From a virus: a stretch of 64,000 nucleotides of DNA. The stretch spans positions 1 through 64,000 of the IMG/VR virus record IMGVR_UViG_3300021976_000006. One strand, 5' to 3'. The notes under the pieces are model-generated. The model was not told the DNA's origin, made no database searches, and saw only the letters and a list, made by a program, of their open reading frames with translations. This document shows, piece after piece, positions 41,773-51,316 of this stretch (position 1 is its first letter; each line of letters begins with the position of its first letter). The translations under genes and the position numbers were made by a program.

Positions 41773-44001
41773 TTAAACTGTTGTTCCTGTTGCGTCTTTC
41801 CAAGCAGCACCCCACCACCAAATTGGTTTTTGAAGTGTGGTATCAGCATACTGTCTCCCTATGTCTGATGCTCCGTATGTTGGTCTTTGTGCGGTTGTCC
41901 CACTTACAATCATAGCGACCCTATCGTAACTTTGCCAAACACCAGAAGCATCTTGTACTTGTAACCACAAACTCCTTTTACTCACATCCCCAGCAGCGGC
42001 AGACATAAATAATTTAAATGAACCTCCTGTTGTCGCTTCTGCATTTGATCTATAATAAACACCACCACCAGAAGCAGCAGGGAAGTTAGTTGCACCTACA
42101 CCGGCTATAAAAGGCACTGATTTCGCTCCTGCACTTAAAGTTGTTCCAGGAACATTCGTGTTGCTATCTGTAATAGATATGTAAGCACCCCATATTTTCT
42201 CCCAACCTGTATTACCAATGAAAGCTCTTTTAATATATAAGCCATTACCGGATGTGGCATCATCTGTCCTCAACCACAATGATCCGGGAGTAGCTGTTAC
42301 AACGCTTTCTGGATCACCTGTACCACTTAATATTTTAGTATTACCATTTAGTGTAAATCCTGTTGTATTTAATGTAGCAGCATTTACATCACCTATAGAT
42401 ATTATATTACCAGTTTTATGATCAAATGTTATTGTAGCAACAGCAGTATTATCTGCTTTATATAATGTTGTTTTATATAATCCACTTGTATTAGTATTTC
42501 TACCAATAGATACTCCTCCTTCAGCAGTAGATATTGTAGGAGAATTTATAGATAGTATTGAAGTACTATTACCAGTTGCTGGATCATGTGTTACATCGAT
42601 AGGAATAACAGATATGTTATTCTCTTTAATCCCTCTATTTTGAGCAGCAGCACCTGAGTTTGTATAAGTTCTATTATTTAAATATGGGTTTGTCCTTGCT
42701 ACTATAATATCATTTTTAGCAGAATAACTACCTAAAGTATTTATAGGTCTATTCATTGACACTATTTTAGCTAGAGGATTAACTGTATTTGGAGTAAAGA
42801 AATTACCATCAAAATTAATATGTATCATTGCTGGAGTAAAAGCATTATATACAACATATGTATTATTTACTCCTGTAGGATCATAACTAGAGGTAATTTG
42901 ATTTTCTACAAATGTATTACCAGATATATTTATAACTAAACCAGCATCTACTGAAGGTATAGCTTCTATAATATGTACTTGTTCTGTAGTATATATAAAA
43001 TTCTCTTTAAGATTGAGAATACAATTTTGAGGAATATCCCCAGAATTACCTAGATTTCTAAATCTAATAAAGGCTTTAGTACCTGCTAAATCTTTACAAT
43101 TAAATTCTAAATATCCTCCTGTTATATTTAAGACTTTACATCTACCAATATACATCATATAAGATCCATTTAATTCAAAGTAGCAATTTCTAAAATTGAT
43201 AACTTCTCCTAATGATCCTGCATTGAATCCTATTCCTATATTTAGAGAGAATTGACAAGCATTAAATAATGCTCCATTTGCTAAAGTTTCCCCTACACAT
43301 AAAAATCCATTACTTGCTGCTCTTGAGAACATACATGATTCAAATACAGCATAATAAAAAGCGCCTGTTATTACTATATTATTTCTAAATGAAGTAACAG
43401 ATACATTTTCCATTCTACCACATACAAATTGATCGATAGTAATACCATCTATATCAGTTCTTAAAGTGGCATTATTAAGATAAATATTATGAAATGTAGA
43501 ATCAGCTTGTCCTGCTGGACATTGTATAGCTGTTGTATATACTATATCTTCCCCAACCCAATTAATTTTAACTAAACCATCAGCTTTACCAAAAGTAGAT
43601 CCTCTACGAGATAATCTTCCTTGACCTTGAAATTTAATTTGTTTATTACTTGTTATATTTAAAGTTTTAGATATATTATAAGTTCCTTGTGGAAATACTA
43701 AGGTTTTATTATTAATAGTATCAATGGCTTTTTGAATAGCATCTGTATCATCAGTAATACCATCTCCTTTAACACCAAACCATTTTACATTAATATCTAA
43801 ATCAAATATTCTTTTAAATACTTCAGTGCCATGTTCTACAGTTATCATCTGTCTGTAGATATATCCATCTAAAGTAATTCCTACTGGATTGGGAACTTTT
43901 ATAAGTTCTATTAACTCACCAGTAATAGAATCCAGTACATTAGATAATACTATATCTCCATTATTTTTAACTGTTCTAATAAATTGCTTTATTTCTGCCA
44001 T
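41773..44001 (-). CDS. Tailspike 2, beta-helix (pectate_lyase_3-like)
   Basis: NVKWFGVKGDGITDDTDAIQKA, FPQGTY; C-terminal GTTAQRP...DTTLQKPIWW...WKDATG. Confidence 0.85.
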   Translation of the reverse strand: MAEIKQFIRTVKNNGDIVLSNVLDSITGELIELIKVPNPVGITLDGYIYRQMITVEHGTEVFKRIFDLDINVKWFGVKGDGITDDTDAIQKAIDTINNKTLVFPQGTYNISKTLNITSNKQIKFQGQGRLSRRGSTFGKADGLVKINWVGEDIVYTTAIQCPAGQADSTFHNIYLNNATLRTDIDGITIDQFVCGRMENVSVTSFRNNIVITGAFYYAVFESCMFSRAASNGFLCVGETLANGALFNACQFSLNIGIGFNAGSLGEVINFRNCYFELNGSYMMYIGRCKVLNITGGYLEFNCKDLAGTKAFIRFRNLGNSGDIPQNCILNLKENFIYTTEQVHIIEAIPSVDAGLVINISGNTFVENQITSSYDPTGVNNTYVVYNAFTPAMIHINFDGNFFTPNTVNPLAKIVSMNRPINTLGSYSAKNDIIVARTNPYLNNRTYTNSGAAAQNRGIKENNISVIPIDVTHDPATGNSTSILSINSPTISTAEGGVSIGRNTNTSGLYKTTLYKADNTAVATITFDHKTGNIISIGDVNAATLNTTGFTLNGNTKILSGTGDPESVVTATPGSLWLRTDDATSGNGLYIKRAFIGNTGWEKIWGAYISITDSNTNVPGTTLSAGAKSVPFIAGVGATNFPAASGGGVYYRSNAEATTGGSFKLFMSAAAGDVSKRSLWLQVQDASGVWQSYDRVAMIVSGTTAQRPTYGASDIGRQYADTTLQKPIWWWGAAWKDATGTTV

Positions 44002-44003
44002 TC

Positions 44004-44177
44004 TTATATTGTAAATATATCATCAGATTCTTCAGGTACAAAAGAATCACCTTGTTCTCCTTGAGGACCTGGAACTGAATTAGTTATTGAAGTAGATAAG
44101 TTATTAACTATATTAGGAGCTATTAAGCTTCCACAAGTACAGTTACAACTTCCACATTTATTACATTTGTTAAACAT
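44004..44177 (-). CDS. Cys-cluster/collagen-like mini-protein B (57 aa, not in track)
   Basis: MFNKCNKCGSCNCTCG...PGPQGEQGD...SDDIFTI; stop 2 nt before the tailspike ATG. Confidence 0.75.
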   Translation of the reverse strand: MFNKCNKCGSCNCTCGSLIAPNIVNNLSTSITNSVPGPQGEQGDSFVPEESDDIFTI

Positions 44178-44200
44178 TATTATTTTATTTAAAATTATAA

Positions 44201-44362
44201 CTATGCGTCGAACAAATCGTCGCTGAAAATAGGTGTAGGAACTTCTCCTGCTGGACCTGCTGGTCCTTCTTCACCCGGCATTGAAACTATATATTGCCTA
44301 GTTAAATTAATCTCCGCATTATAGTCACAACTACAATTATCTATATTACATTTTACACACAT
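44201..44362 (-). CDS. Cys-cluster/collagen-like mini-protein A (53 aa, not in track)
   Basis: MCVKCNIDNCSCD...PGEEGPAGPAGE...SDDLFDA; TAATG-coupled to upstream gene. Confidence 0.75.
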   Translation of the reverse strand: MCVKCNIDNCSCDYNAEINLTRQYIVSMPGEEGPAGPAGEVPTPIFSDDLFDA

Positions 44363-44622
44363 TATGATAGTTTATTAACTTGTTTAAAAATTGCTTGTAT
44401 AGCATTACTATTTAAATAATTAGTATATTGTAAGCTATTAAATTTATCTTGTTCCCAAGAACTTAAAGTCTTAGCATATAATAATAGTTCTTTGACTTTT
44501 AACTTACAACTATCCATACCAGATATTCTAGCTGTATAGTATTGTAAGATTTTATCATAAACTATTTTATCAGACTTAATCTTTAAATTATTGAATTCAT
44601 CTAGAGTTAGAGTATTAGCCAT
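44362..44622 (-). CDS. Putative tail hub protein B
   Basis: Small helical protein coupled to hub A candidate. Confidence 0.45.
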   Translation of the reverse strand: MANTLTLDEFNNLKIKSDKIVYDKILQYYTARISGMDSCKLKVKELLLYAKTLSSWEQDKFNSLQYTNYLNSNAIQAIFKQVNKLS

Positions 44623-45423
44623 TTAGCATCCACAATTATAGTTACATGCTCTCTGAGCACTTACGATTAGTTCATTAGCCTTTACAAAGTCTCCATTATC
44701 AAATGCATACTGAGAAGCCCATTTAAGTAACTCTATTTCGAATAAAGTATTTACTACATCATTATTATCACAATCACAACTAGTAGCTAATTTACCTACT
44801 TTATTATATAAACAAGTTGTAGTAGATACATCAGTTATAAATTTAACATTAGCTTTATAAGATGGATAAAATAAATTAGTAGTATCTTGTAATTCTTCTA
44901 CTAAGTATAAAATAGTACCACCATTAGTATCTTTAGTTTTATCTATATCATAAGTCTTCTCATTAACTAATACACTATCGTATTGTAGATAAGTAGCTAA
45001 TCCAGTACCTGTAATAAAAGGATTACCAGTAGCAGCTATTACTCCTGTTTTAGCAGTAGTAAGTACACTATACATATTAAGATCAAATACTCCATCTTCA
45101 AATGGAATAAATATAGTTGTTTGTCCTAGACTAATAGAAGTAATTTCTATTTCAGTACCAGAAGTAATTTGATTAATTGTAGGAGTAATAAAGTATTCTG
45201 GATGTAGTATATCTGCTACTCTAACATAAGTTTGTTTAAATATATCAGTAGTACTATATTGACTTATTGAAAATATAATTTTATTTATATCTCCTACAGC
45301 AGTATTAGGAAAACCATATCCAGTGGGATTTGATACTGAATAAATTCCTGTAGTATCTTTAACTCTGATAATACCACCAGTTTTATCTATATCTACAAAA
45401 GAGACTTTTGTTTGTAATGCCAT
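44623..45423 (-). CDS. Putative tail hub protein A
   Basis: DTTGIYSVSNPTGYG, EDGVF; C-terminal SCDC...CNYNCGC. Confidence 0.55.
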   Translation of the reverse strand: MALQTKVSFVDIDKTGGIIRVKDTTGIYSVSNPTGYGFPNTAVGDINKIIFSISQYSTTDIFKQTYVRVADILHPEYFITPTINQITSGTEIEITSISLGQTTIFIPFEDGVFDLNMYSVLTTAKTGVIAATGNPFITGTGLATYLQYDSVLVNEKTYDIDKTKDTNGGTILYLVEELQDTTNLFYPSYKANVKFITDVSTTTCLYNKVGKLATSCDCDNNDVVNTLFEIELLKWASQYAFDNGDFVKANELIVSAQRACNYNCGC

Positions 45424-45441
45424 TATTTTTATTGTTATTTA

Positions 45442-45473
45442 CAAAGTTACTAATAATTAATTATATTTCCAAA
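45442..45473 (-). promoter_or_regulatory. Bacteroidota promoter
   Basis: TTTG-N20-TAACTTTG intergenic. Confidence 0.85.
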
Positions 45474-45479
45474 TATATT

Positions 45480-46484
45480 TTACGTTATGTTGAGTGTAGC
45501 TCCAGCATTTGTCGTAACTATTGACTTAACACTGTCTACTGGTAATATATAAGAAGAATATGTGTAAGGAGGACGATATAAAGAATTAGTATTACCTGCC
45601 ATAAAAATATCACCACAACTAACTAATTTAGTTGAACTCCATCCTGAGTTTTCTCCTGGAATAGGAGCTTCAGGAGTAGGATCAAAGTTATCTCTATATG
45701 GATTAAATACATTTTCCATAGAATTATTTTCTAATCGCATTCTACACCCACAATGACAAGCTATTGCATAACCGCCACTAGGTGCTTGAATATCCTGCAT
45801 AAAGTTATTAAATAAATGAACTTCTCCCCATAAAGTAGATGGGCCACGTTCCCATGTATCGTGATACCAATTACCATACAAAGTAGTTTTCAGATTAGCA
45901 CTGTCATCAATAACTGCACTAAATCCTATAAGATTTGGGATTGGGTTGTGGTGCATCCTATTCCATGAACAGGTTACATAGCTTGCTCTATTCCCAATAT
46001 CTAATAGTCCATCATAGAAATCATACCCACTATCCAAATCTGAATATAAGTTGCAATGATCTACCCATACATGATGAGCATCTTCTTTAATTATGATATT
46101 GGATAACCCCTGTATCTTACCAATGGTCATATTACGAATGATTACATTACTGTAGCCATACACCATCAAAGCAGCACCTTCCAGCACTGAACCAGTTACA
46201 CCTAATATAGTCTTGTTAGATTTAATATTGATGTATTCTGCACCATTACCATAAGCAATACCTCCTACCGGATCATATTTTATAATAATATGAAATGTTT
46301 CTGCAGCTTCACAAGCAGCTTTAAAATCTGCAAAATTAGTTGCTGTATACTCCTGAGTATCTGGATGATCTGCTCCACCAGTAGTAGTTCCATTTTCCAT
46401 AGCATAGCCAAATATGTTAAACATAGGAGAAGGAGCTGTTGAGCTCCCACTACTTGCTATACTACCATATAATCCCCTTATCAT
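45480..46484 (-). CDS. Polysaccharide lyase family 1 (pectate lyase) homologue
   Basis: GYA...GTTGG, SNKTILG, NVIIRN, VWVDH, DGLLD, R-G-P, VHLFNN. Confidence 0.85.
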   Translation of the reverse strand: MIRGLYGSIASSGSSTAPSPMFNIFGYAMENGTTTGGADHPDTQEYTATNFADFKAACEAAETFHIIIKYDPVGGIAYGNGAEYINIKSNKTILGVTGSVLEGAALMVYGYSNVIIRNMTIGKIQGLSNIIIKEDAHHVWVDHCNLYSDLDSGYDFYDGLLDIGNRASYVTCSWNRMHHNPIPNLIGFSAVIDDSANLKTTLYGNWYHDTWERGPSTLWGEVHLFNNFMQDIQAPSGGYAIACHCGCRMRLENNSMENVFNPYRDNFDPTPEAPIPGENSGWSSTKLVSCGDIFMAGNTNSLYRPPYTYSSYILPVDSVKSIVTTNAGATLNIT

Positions 46485-46488
46485 TATC

Positions 46489-47289
46489 TTAGACTGCTAA
46501 ATCACCCGATACTAACCAAACATCAGTTCCTGTTTTAATTAAAGTAGCAGTTGAAAATTGTACATTAGTTTTTAATTTACCTCCAGCTGAATTTAGTGTT
46601 ACTCCTCCAATTGGAGTTATTGTTACTTGACCAGCACCTAATTGGCTAACCATTATATTAGCTCCTATTGGAAAAGCTACTGTTGCATTAAGTGGTATTG
46701 TTAAAGTATTAGCACCAGCAACATTCATATTTATTAATTTCGTATTATCAGCTAATACTAATGTATAATTAGCTACCGGAGTATTAATAACTATGTTAAT
46801 ATCACTCTTACCATTTAACTGAGTTTGTATAGAACTAGTAACACCATCAACATAACTTAATTCTGTATTAGTTATTGTACCAATAGAAGTTGTTGCAGGT
46901 AATACTACAGTTCCTGTAAAGGTTGGTGAAGCAGAGTTTGCTTTTAAGCCTATTGCGGTGGCTTGTGCTGTACTAACTGGTTTAGCTGCATCAGATGTAT
47001 TATTAACAGATCCTAGTCCAACCATAGCAGCAGTAATACCAGTAACTGTACCAGTAAATGCTGGATTAGCTAATGGAGCTTTTAAATCCAATGCTGCTTG
47101 TATCTCTGGAGTAATACCTCCACTACCACCACCAATTGCTGGTAGACTATTAAAGGGAGTTTTACCATCAGCTATTTTAATTTTGGAAGTATCATTATAA
47201 AAGGTTATAACTGTATCTTTAGGAAATATTGTATTACCCGATACTGCTGATGCTTCTACTACTTCAATTACATTATATTTTTTTGCCAT
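46489..47289 (-). CDS. Fibre protein (head or tail)
   Basis: KIKIADGKTPFNSLP N-domain, KAPLANPAFTG repeats, VGLGSVNNTSD, C-terminal WLVSGDL. Confidence 0.75.
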   Translation of the reverse strand: MAKKYNVIEVVEASAVSGNTIFPKDTVITFYNDTSKIKIADGKTPFNSLPAIGGGSGGITPEIQAALDLKAPLANPAFTGTVTGITAAMVGLGSVNNTSDAAKPVSTAQATAIGLKANSASPTFTGTVVLPATTSIGTITNTELSYVDGVTSSIQTQLNGKSDINIVINTPVANYTLVLADNTKLINMNVAGANTLTIPLNATVAFPIGANIMVSQLGAGQVTITPIGGVTLNSAGGKLKTNVQFSTATLIKTGTDVWLVSGDLAV

Positions 47290-47300
47290 TTATTTAAACT

Positions 47301-47346
47301 AAAAAAGGAGTAATCAATAATCTATTGACTATTAATCACTCCCTTT
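47301..47346 (-). terminator. Probable terminator after auxiliary capsid gene
   Basis: GGAGTGATTAATA...TATTGATTACTCC followed by TTTTTT. Confidence 0.7.
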
Positions 47347-47367
47347 AATTAAAGATTAATTATTTAA

Positions 47368-48318
47368 TTATCCTTCTACTGTAAGTGCTTCAGCTGGCTC
47401 AGATGCAATATATGGAGTAAGGATAGCTTCAAAAGCTGTGCCTGCACCTGCAGTAATTGCAATATAAGTTGTCCTTGGAGCTGCTTTTTCTCCCTCTACT
47501 ACTGAATTAGTATCATGAATATGATCTTCTTCAATTACATAAGTATCGTAATTTGTACCAGCTACAGACAAATATTGACCTGATGGTGCTGGGAATGAAG
47601 TCCAGTTAGTTTTACCAACATAACCTTGACCACGTTGTTCTAATGTACGTACTTGTGAGAAATTACCATTTCCAAATCCTGGAGCAGTAGTATAAACTAT
47701 TGTACCTGAAGCTGCTGGAAAAGCAATTGGATAAACTGTATTATCAAGAGATGTTGAAAATACATCAAAGAAGTATTGAGCAGGATACTCACCAATATAA
47801 TTGGCTGTACCAGCTACTGATTTTGCTGTCAAAATCAAAGTAGTTGTACCAGTTGCAGTTACAGTTGAAGCAGGATCAGCATTAATCTGTGTCCTAAATT
47901 TATCTCCTAAAGTAGTTGCTGTTTCACCGGTTACTGCTATTACAGAATAAGTACGTTTGTTTTGACGAGCCTGAAGAATTTCTTTATCAGATTTATCAAT
48001 TACAGAAACTGTGTACTCAATTCCTACAACAGGAGCGGCTAAAGTTACTGTTACTACTTGTTCAACTCTCGCTGCATAAACTTGCTTTTCATAGCTTCTA
48101 ACATCCTTCAATGAGATTAAATCAGAAAAGACTCTTGTTCCATCAGGGGCACCTACTACAATACGAAATTTATCACCAGCGGCAATAGTATCTGCAGGAG
48201 CATAAGGAGTTCCGTCTTTCTTAACTATAATCCATTGACCTGCTGTTAAAGCTGCAACTGTTGCAGCGGCTGCACCACCAGTGGTTACTAAGACTTTATA
48301 AACTCTGTTTGTTACCAT
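47368..48318 (-). CDS. Auxiliary capsid (decoration) protein
   Basis: A/T/G-rich beta protein followed by a terminator; crAss-like head module. Confidence 0.55.
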   Translation of the reverse strand: MVTNRVYKVLVTTGGAAAATVAALTAGQWIIVKKDGTPYAPADTIAAGDKFRIVVGAPDGTRVFSDLISLKDVRSYEKQVYAARVEQVVTVTLAAPVVGIEYTVSVIDKSDKEILQARQNKRTYSVIAVTGETATTLGDKFRTQINADPASTVTATGTTTLILTAKSVAGTANYIGEYPAQYFFDVFSTSLDNTVYPIAFPAASGTIVYTTAPGFGNGNFSQVRTLEQRGQGYVGKTNWTSFPAPSGQYLSVAGTNYDTYVIEEDHIHDTNSVVEGEKAAPRTTYIAITAGAGTAFEAILTPYIASEPAEALTVEG

Positions 48319-48335
48319 TATTTTATTTTATTTAT

Positions 48336-49010
48336 TTAATTTTTATTTAATTCATTTAAATTTGTCTGATACCTTGGAGACTCAAAGTTTTCAAGTACCA
48401 TTGAAACTGCCATATTTAGTATATCACTATGAACATGAGAACTTAATTCACAATCTACATCTGTAGTTGGTATTATATATTCTGTTCCTAATCTAATACT
48501 AACAGGTACTTTAATATAAGTAATTGTTACATTTGATAATGTATAGTTTCCTTTAGTTTCATATACAATATTTTTACCTTGTATATAGTATAGTGGCTCA
48601 TCAGCTGAAGGTGTCCAAAAAGGATCTTTCAACATTTGATTAATAAACTCATGTGTAGTTTGTATACCACCAACAATATGAGTTCCACAAGTATCTCCAC
48701 CTGTTGTAGTACATGAATGTCTTACTAAATGTAGATAATCTGCTGGTAAAGCTAAAGTATATCCAGTAGCTGTAGGAGTAGGACTTAAGCTAGCAGTTTT
48801 AACTATCCAGCTTAAATCATCTATTCTTTGTTGGTCTTGTTCAAAACCAAGTTGTCTCTTATCATTTGGATAAGCTCTATCTTCAATAAATTGATCTTGA
48901 GCTTTATTTAACCAATAGTCTTTTTGTTCAGCTAATATATAAGGAAATTCAAAGTCTTTAGTTTTATCAACTTCTATATCAAAGTTATTATGAAAATCCC
49001 TTGCTGTCAT
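48336..49010 (-). CDS. Head-tail ring protein
   Basis: WLNKAQ, GFEQ...RIDDL, TYIK-P, CELSSHVH pattern. Confidence 0.65.
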   Translation of the reverse strand: MTARDFHNNFDIEVDKTKDFEFPYILAEQKDYWLNKAQDQFIEDRAYPNDKRQLGFEQDQQRIDDLSWIVKTASLSPTPTATGYTLALPADYLHLVRHSCTTTGGDTCGTHIVGGIQTTHEFINQMLKDPFWTPSADEPLYYIQGKNIVYETKGNYTLSNVTITYIKVPVSIRLGTEYIIPTTDVDCELSSHVHSDILNMAVSMVLENFESPRYQTNLNELNKN

Positions 49011-49795
49011 TATTTACCTTTTTTCTTATCAGAACTATTTAATTGAGCCATTAAATCTACTTTGAGACTTTGTCTTGATGGGTCATCAATATAAGTCAAT
49101 GCTGATTCCTCATCATGACCTATGAAGTCATCTCCATAGTAATATGAACTCTTATTTTTTCTAAGGATAGTTGCTTGTACCAATTCTTTTAATAGAATTT
49201 TACTATCACGTTTTTTATCTTTAGCTTGTGCTACAAACTTAGCAGGATCTTTTTCTAATTGTTCATATAGTTTAGCTTCTATTACAGAAGGTGAAACACT
49301 ATCAAGATTAGTAAATCCTGGGTAAAGTTTTAAAATATCTTTTTTATTTTCAGCAGATAGAGATCCATATAGTGTATACGCTTCAATTTTAACTGATGCT
49401 TTACTATTTGCAACTTCTGCTTCTTTATTTTCATCAATAATGTAGTAGTCTTTAATACCAAAATCAGAATCTGTAATAGACCTTGCTATCCTTTTATGAC
49501 CACCTATTAAAAACAGATATTGAAGTTCTTGTTTTGCAGTTGAGATATCAAGCTCTTGCTCTTTATCTGACATAACAATAGCAAATTCATGCCAGTATTG
49601 TGATGTATTACTTAAATCAACTTGTAATTTTTTACCTAGTCTAACTTCATCTTCTTCACTAAGACCTGTATATAGAACTCCTCTTTCATCATAATAAGAA
49701 GTAATATAATCTTTAGTATTTTTATATCTAACGAAACCATTAAATGCGTTAGTACCTGTTTTCTCTATTAGTTTAATCTTTACTATTTTACTCAT
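49010..49795 (-). CDS. Head-module protein downstream of major capsid protein
   Basis: YTGLSEEDE...FW; synteny. Confidence 0.55.
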   Translation of the reverse strand: MSKIVKIKLIEKTGTNAFNGFVRYKNTKDYITSYYDERGVLYTGLSEEDEVRLGKKLQVDLSNTSQYWHEFAIVMSDKEQELDISTAKQELQYLFLIGGHKRIARSITDSDFGIKDYYIIDENKEAEVANSKASVKIEAYTLYGSLSAENKKDILKLYPGFTNLDSVSPSVIEAKLYEQLEKDPAKFVAQAKDKKRDSKILLKELVQATILRKNKSSYYYGDDFIGHDEESALTYIDDPSRQSLKVDLMAQLNSSDKKKGK

Positions 49796-49811
49796 AAAAT
49801 TTTTTGAAATA

Positions 49812-49833
49812 AGGGTAGCTTAATTGCTACCCT
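49812..49833 (-). terminator. Hairpin/terminator after major capsid gene
   Basis: AGGGTAGC-AATTAA-GCTACCCT followed by TATTT. Confidence 0.6.
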
Positions 49834-49848
49834 CACTAAATTATTTAA

Positions 49849-51282
49849 TTACGCCGCAAGGATCAATTCTCCGCAGCTCATTGGATTTTGAAGCATGATA
49901 CCAGTTTCAGCCAAAGCATGTACTGCATATCCATCAAATGTACTAGATCCCAATCTTGATGCTGAAGTTGAGTGACCAGCAGGTGATGTTGAACCACCAG
50001 TGTACCACATTACAGCTTCACGATCTTTCTTAGCAACTTTCATGATGTTAGATTCACCGTTATACATTCCATAATCAATAAAGGTTGCTCTATATGATTC
50101 TACTGGACGACCAGTAAGTGGATTTAATTTACGATTATGAATTGGATCATCATACAAAGGTTGATGTACTACTGTCATTTCAATTCCATTAATACCTTTA
50201 TAAGTTAAGAACTGACCGCCTAATGTAAGGTTTTGTCCTGAACCAGTAATAAATGTTGAATCTACCAATGTCCATCCTTTAATTGATTCTTTCATTGCTC
50301 TATCAAAAGCATCCATGAAACCCCAACCAGCCATAGCGATGAATTTAGCATCACCATCACCTTTAACATTATATGTTAAATCGATCATAAATTCACGAAT
50401 AACATTCTCTGTCAATTGAGTATAGTACCTTTTGTTAGAAGGTGAAATTTGCTGACGCAAACCTGCACCAATATAAACTGGACGACCAGTTTCTCCTTTT
50501 AGACTTACTGAACCATTTGGATTAGCATTATACACTGAGTACAATTGTGATCTATCCAATTCACGATACCATTGTGCAAGGAAAGTCCATTCCTGAACAT
50601 CAGCCCATAAGAAAGAAGATTTACCTGAAGCAGGATCTTTCATTACAATAGCCATAACATCTGTTTGAGCTGAACCAGTGATCTCACGTGTTTTACGTTG
50701 AGTAGTCAAATGATTCCTCATTTCAAATGGACTACCATAAGTAGTAATACCTGATCTGCTAGATCCTTCTTCAAATGCTGAGTAATCTTTCGAGAACTCT
50801 TTACCAGCCGCAATTAGAGCAGGTGGAATAAAAGCAGCTGAATCTGGATTAAGAAGCCTTAAGGTGTAAATAAATCCTTCTCCATCTTGAATTGCATCTC
50901 CCTCTACGATAACAGGATACTCTCTGTCATCTGGAATAAGCACCTCACCGGAAACAAATTCTTTTTCTGCTAGTACTACTCTAAAAGTTTGATTATACAA
51001 ACCTGGAGTAGATCCACCATCACCTAGATTCCTTAATACTTTAATTGGTCTTTCTAAATCACCAATAAGTCTCCAACCATATTCTCTGTTGTTAAGTATT
51101 CTAGTTCTACCAAGACCACCAGTAAACAAAGACAATGGGTTCTTGTATTTCCAACCAAACACAAATGATAGTGTGTTATTAACCATTTCTGGTTCAGTTA
51201 GGAATGCAGTAGCCAAGTTATTGGTATCTGTAAGTCCTGCAAACTTTTTACCTTGATAAAGTTGTAAATTGTTTACGTTCAT
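49849..51282 (-). CDS. Major capsid protein (crAss-like, HK97 fold)
   Basis: 477 aa after scaffold; EYGW, MRNHLT, GAGLRQQI, HQPLYD. Confidence 0.85.
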   Translation of the reverse strand: MNVNNLQLYQGKKFAGLTDTNNLATAFLTEPEMVNNTLSFVFGWKYKNPLSLFTGGLGRTRILNNREYGWRLIGDLERPIKVLRNLGDGGSTPGLYNQTFRVVLAEKEFVSGEVLIPDDREYPVIVEGDAIQDGEGFIYTLRLLNPDSAAFIPPALIAAGKEFSKDYSAFEEGSSRSGITTYGSPFEMRNHLTTQRKTREITGSAQTDVMAIVMKDPASGKSSFLWADVQEWTFLAQWYRELDRSQLYSVYNANPNGSVSLKGETGRPVYIGAGLRQQISPSNKRYYTQLTENVIREFMIDLTYNVKGDGDAKFIAMAGWGFMDAFDRAMKESIKGWTLVDSTFITGSGQNLTLGGQFLTYKGINGIEMTVVHQPLYDDPIHNRKLNPLTGRPVESYRATFIDYGMYNGESNIMKVAKKDREAVMWYTGGSTSPAGHSTSASRLGSSTFDGYAVHALAETGIMLQNPMSCGELILAA

Positions 51283-51316
51283 TATTTATTATTTAATTTT
51301 TAATTTATTTATTTGT

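Noticed and set aside
44001-44030. Programmed frameshift fusing mini-protein B to tailspike 2
   Set aside because: The -1 frame has TGA stops just upstream and there is no slippery heptamer in the remaining window
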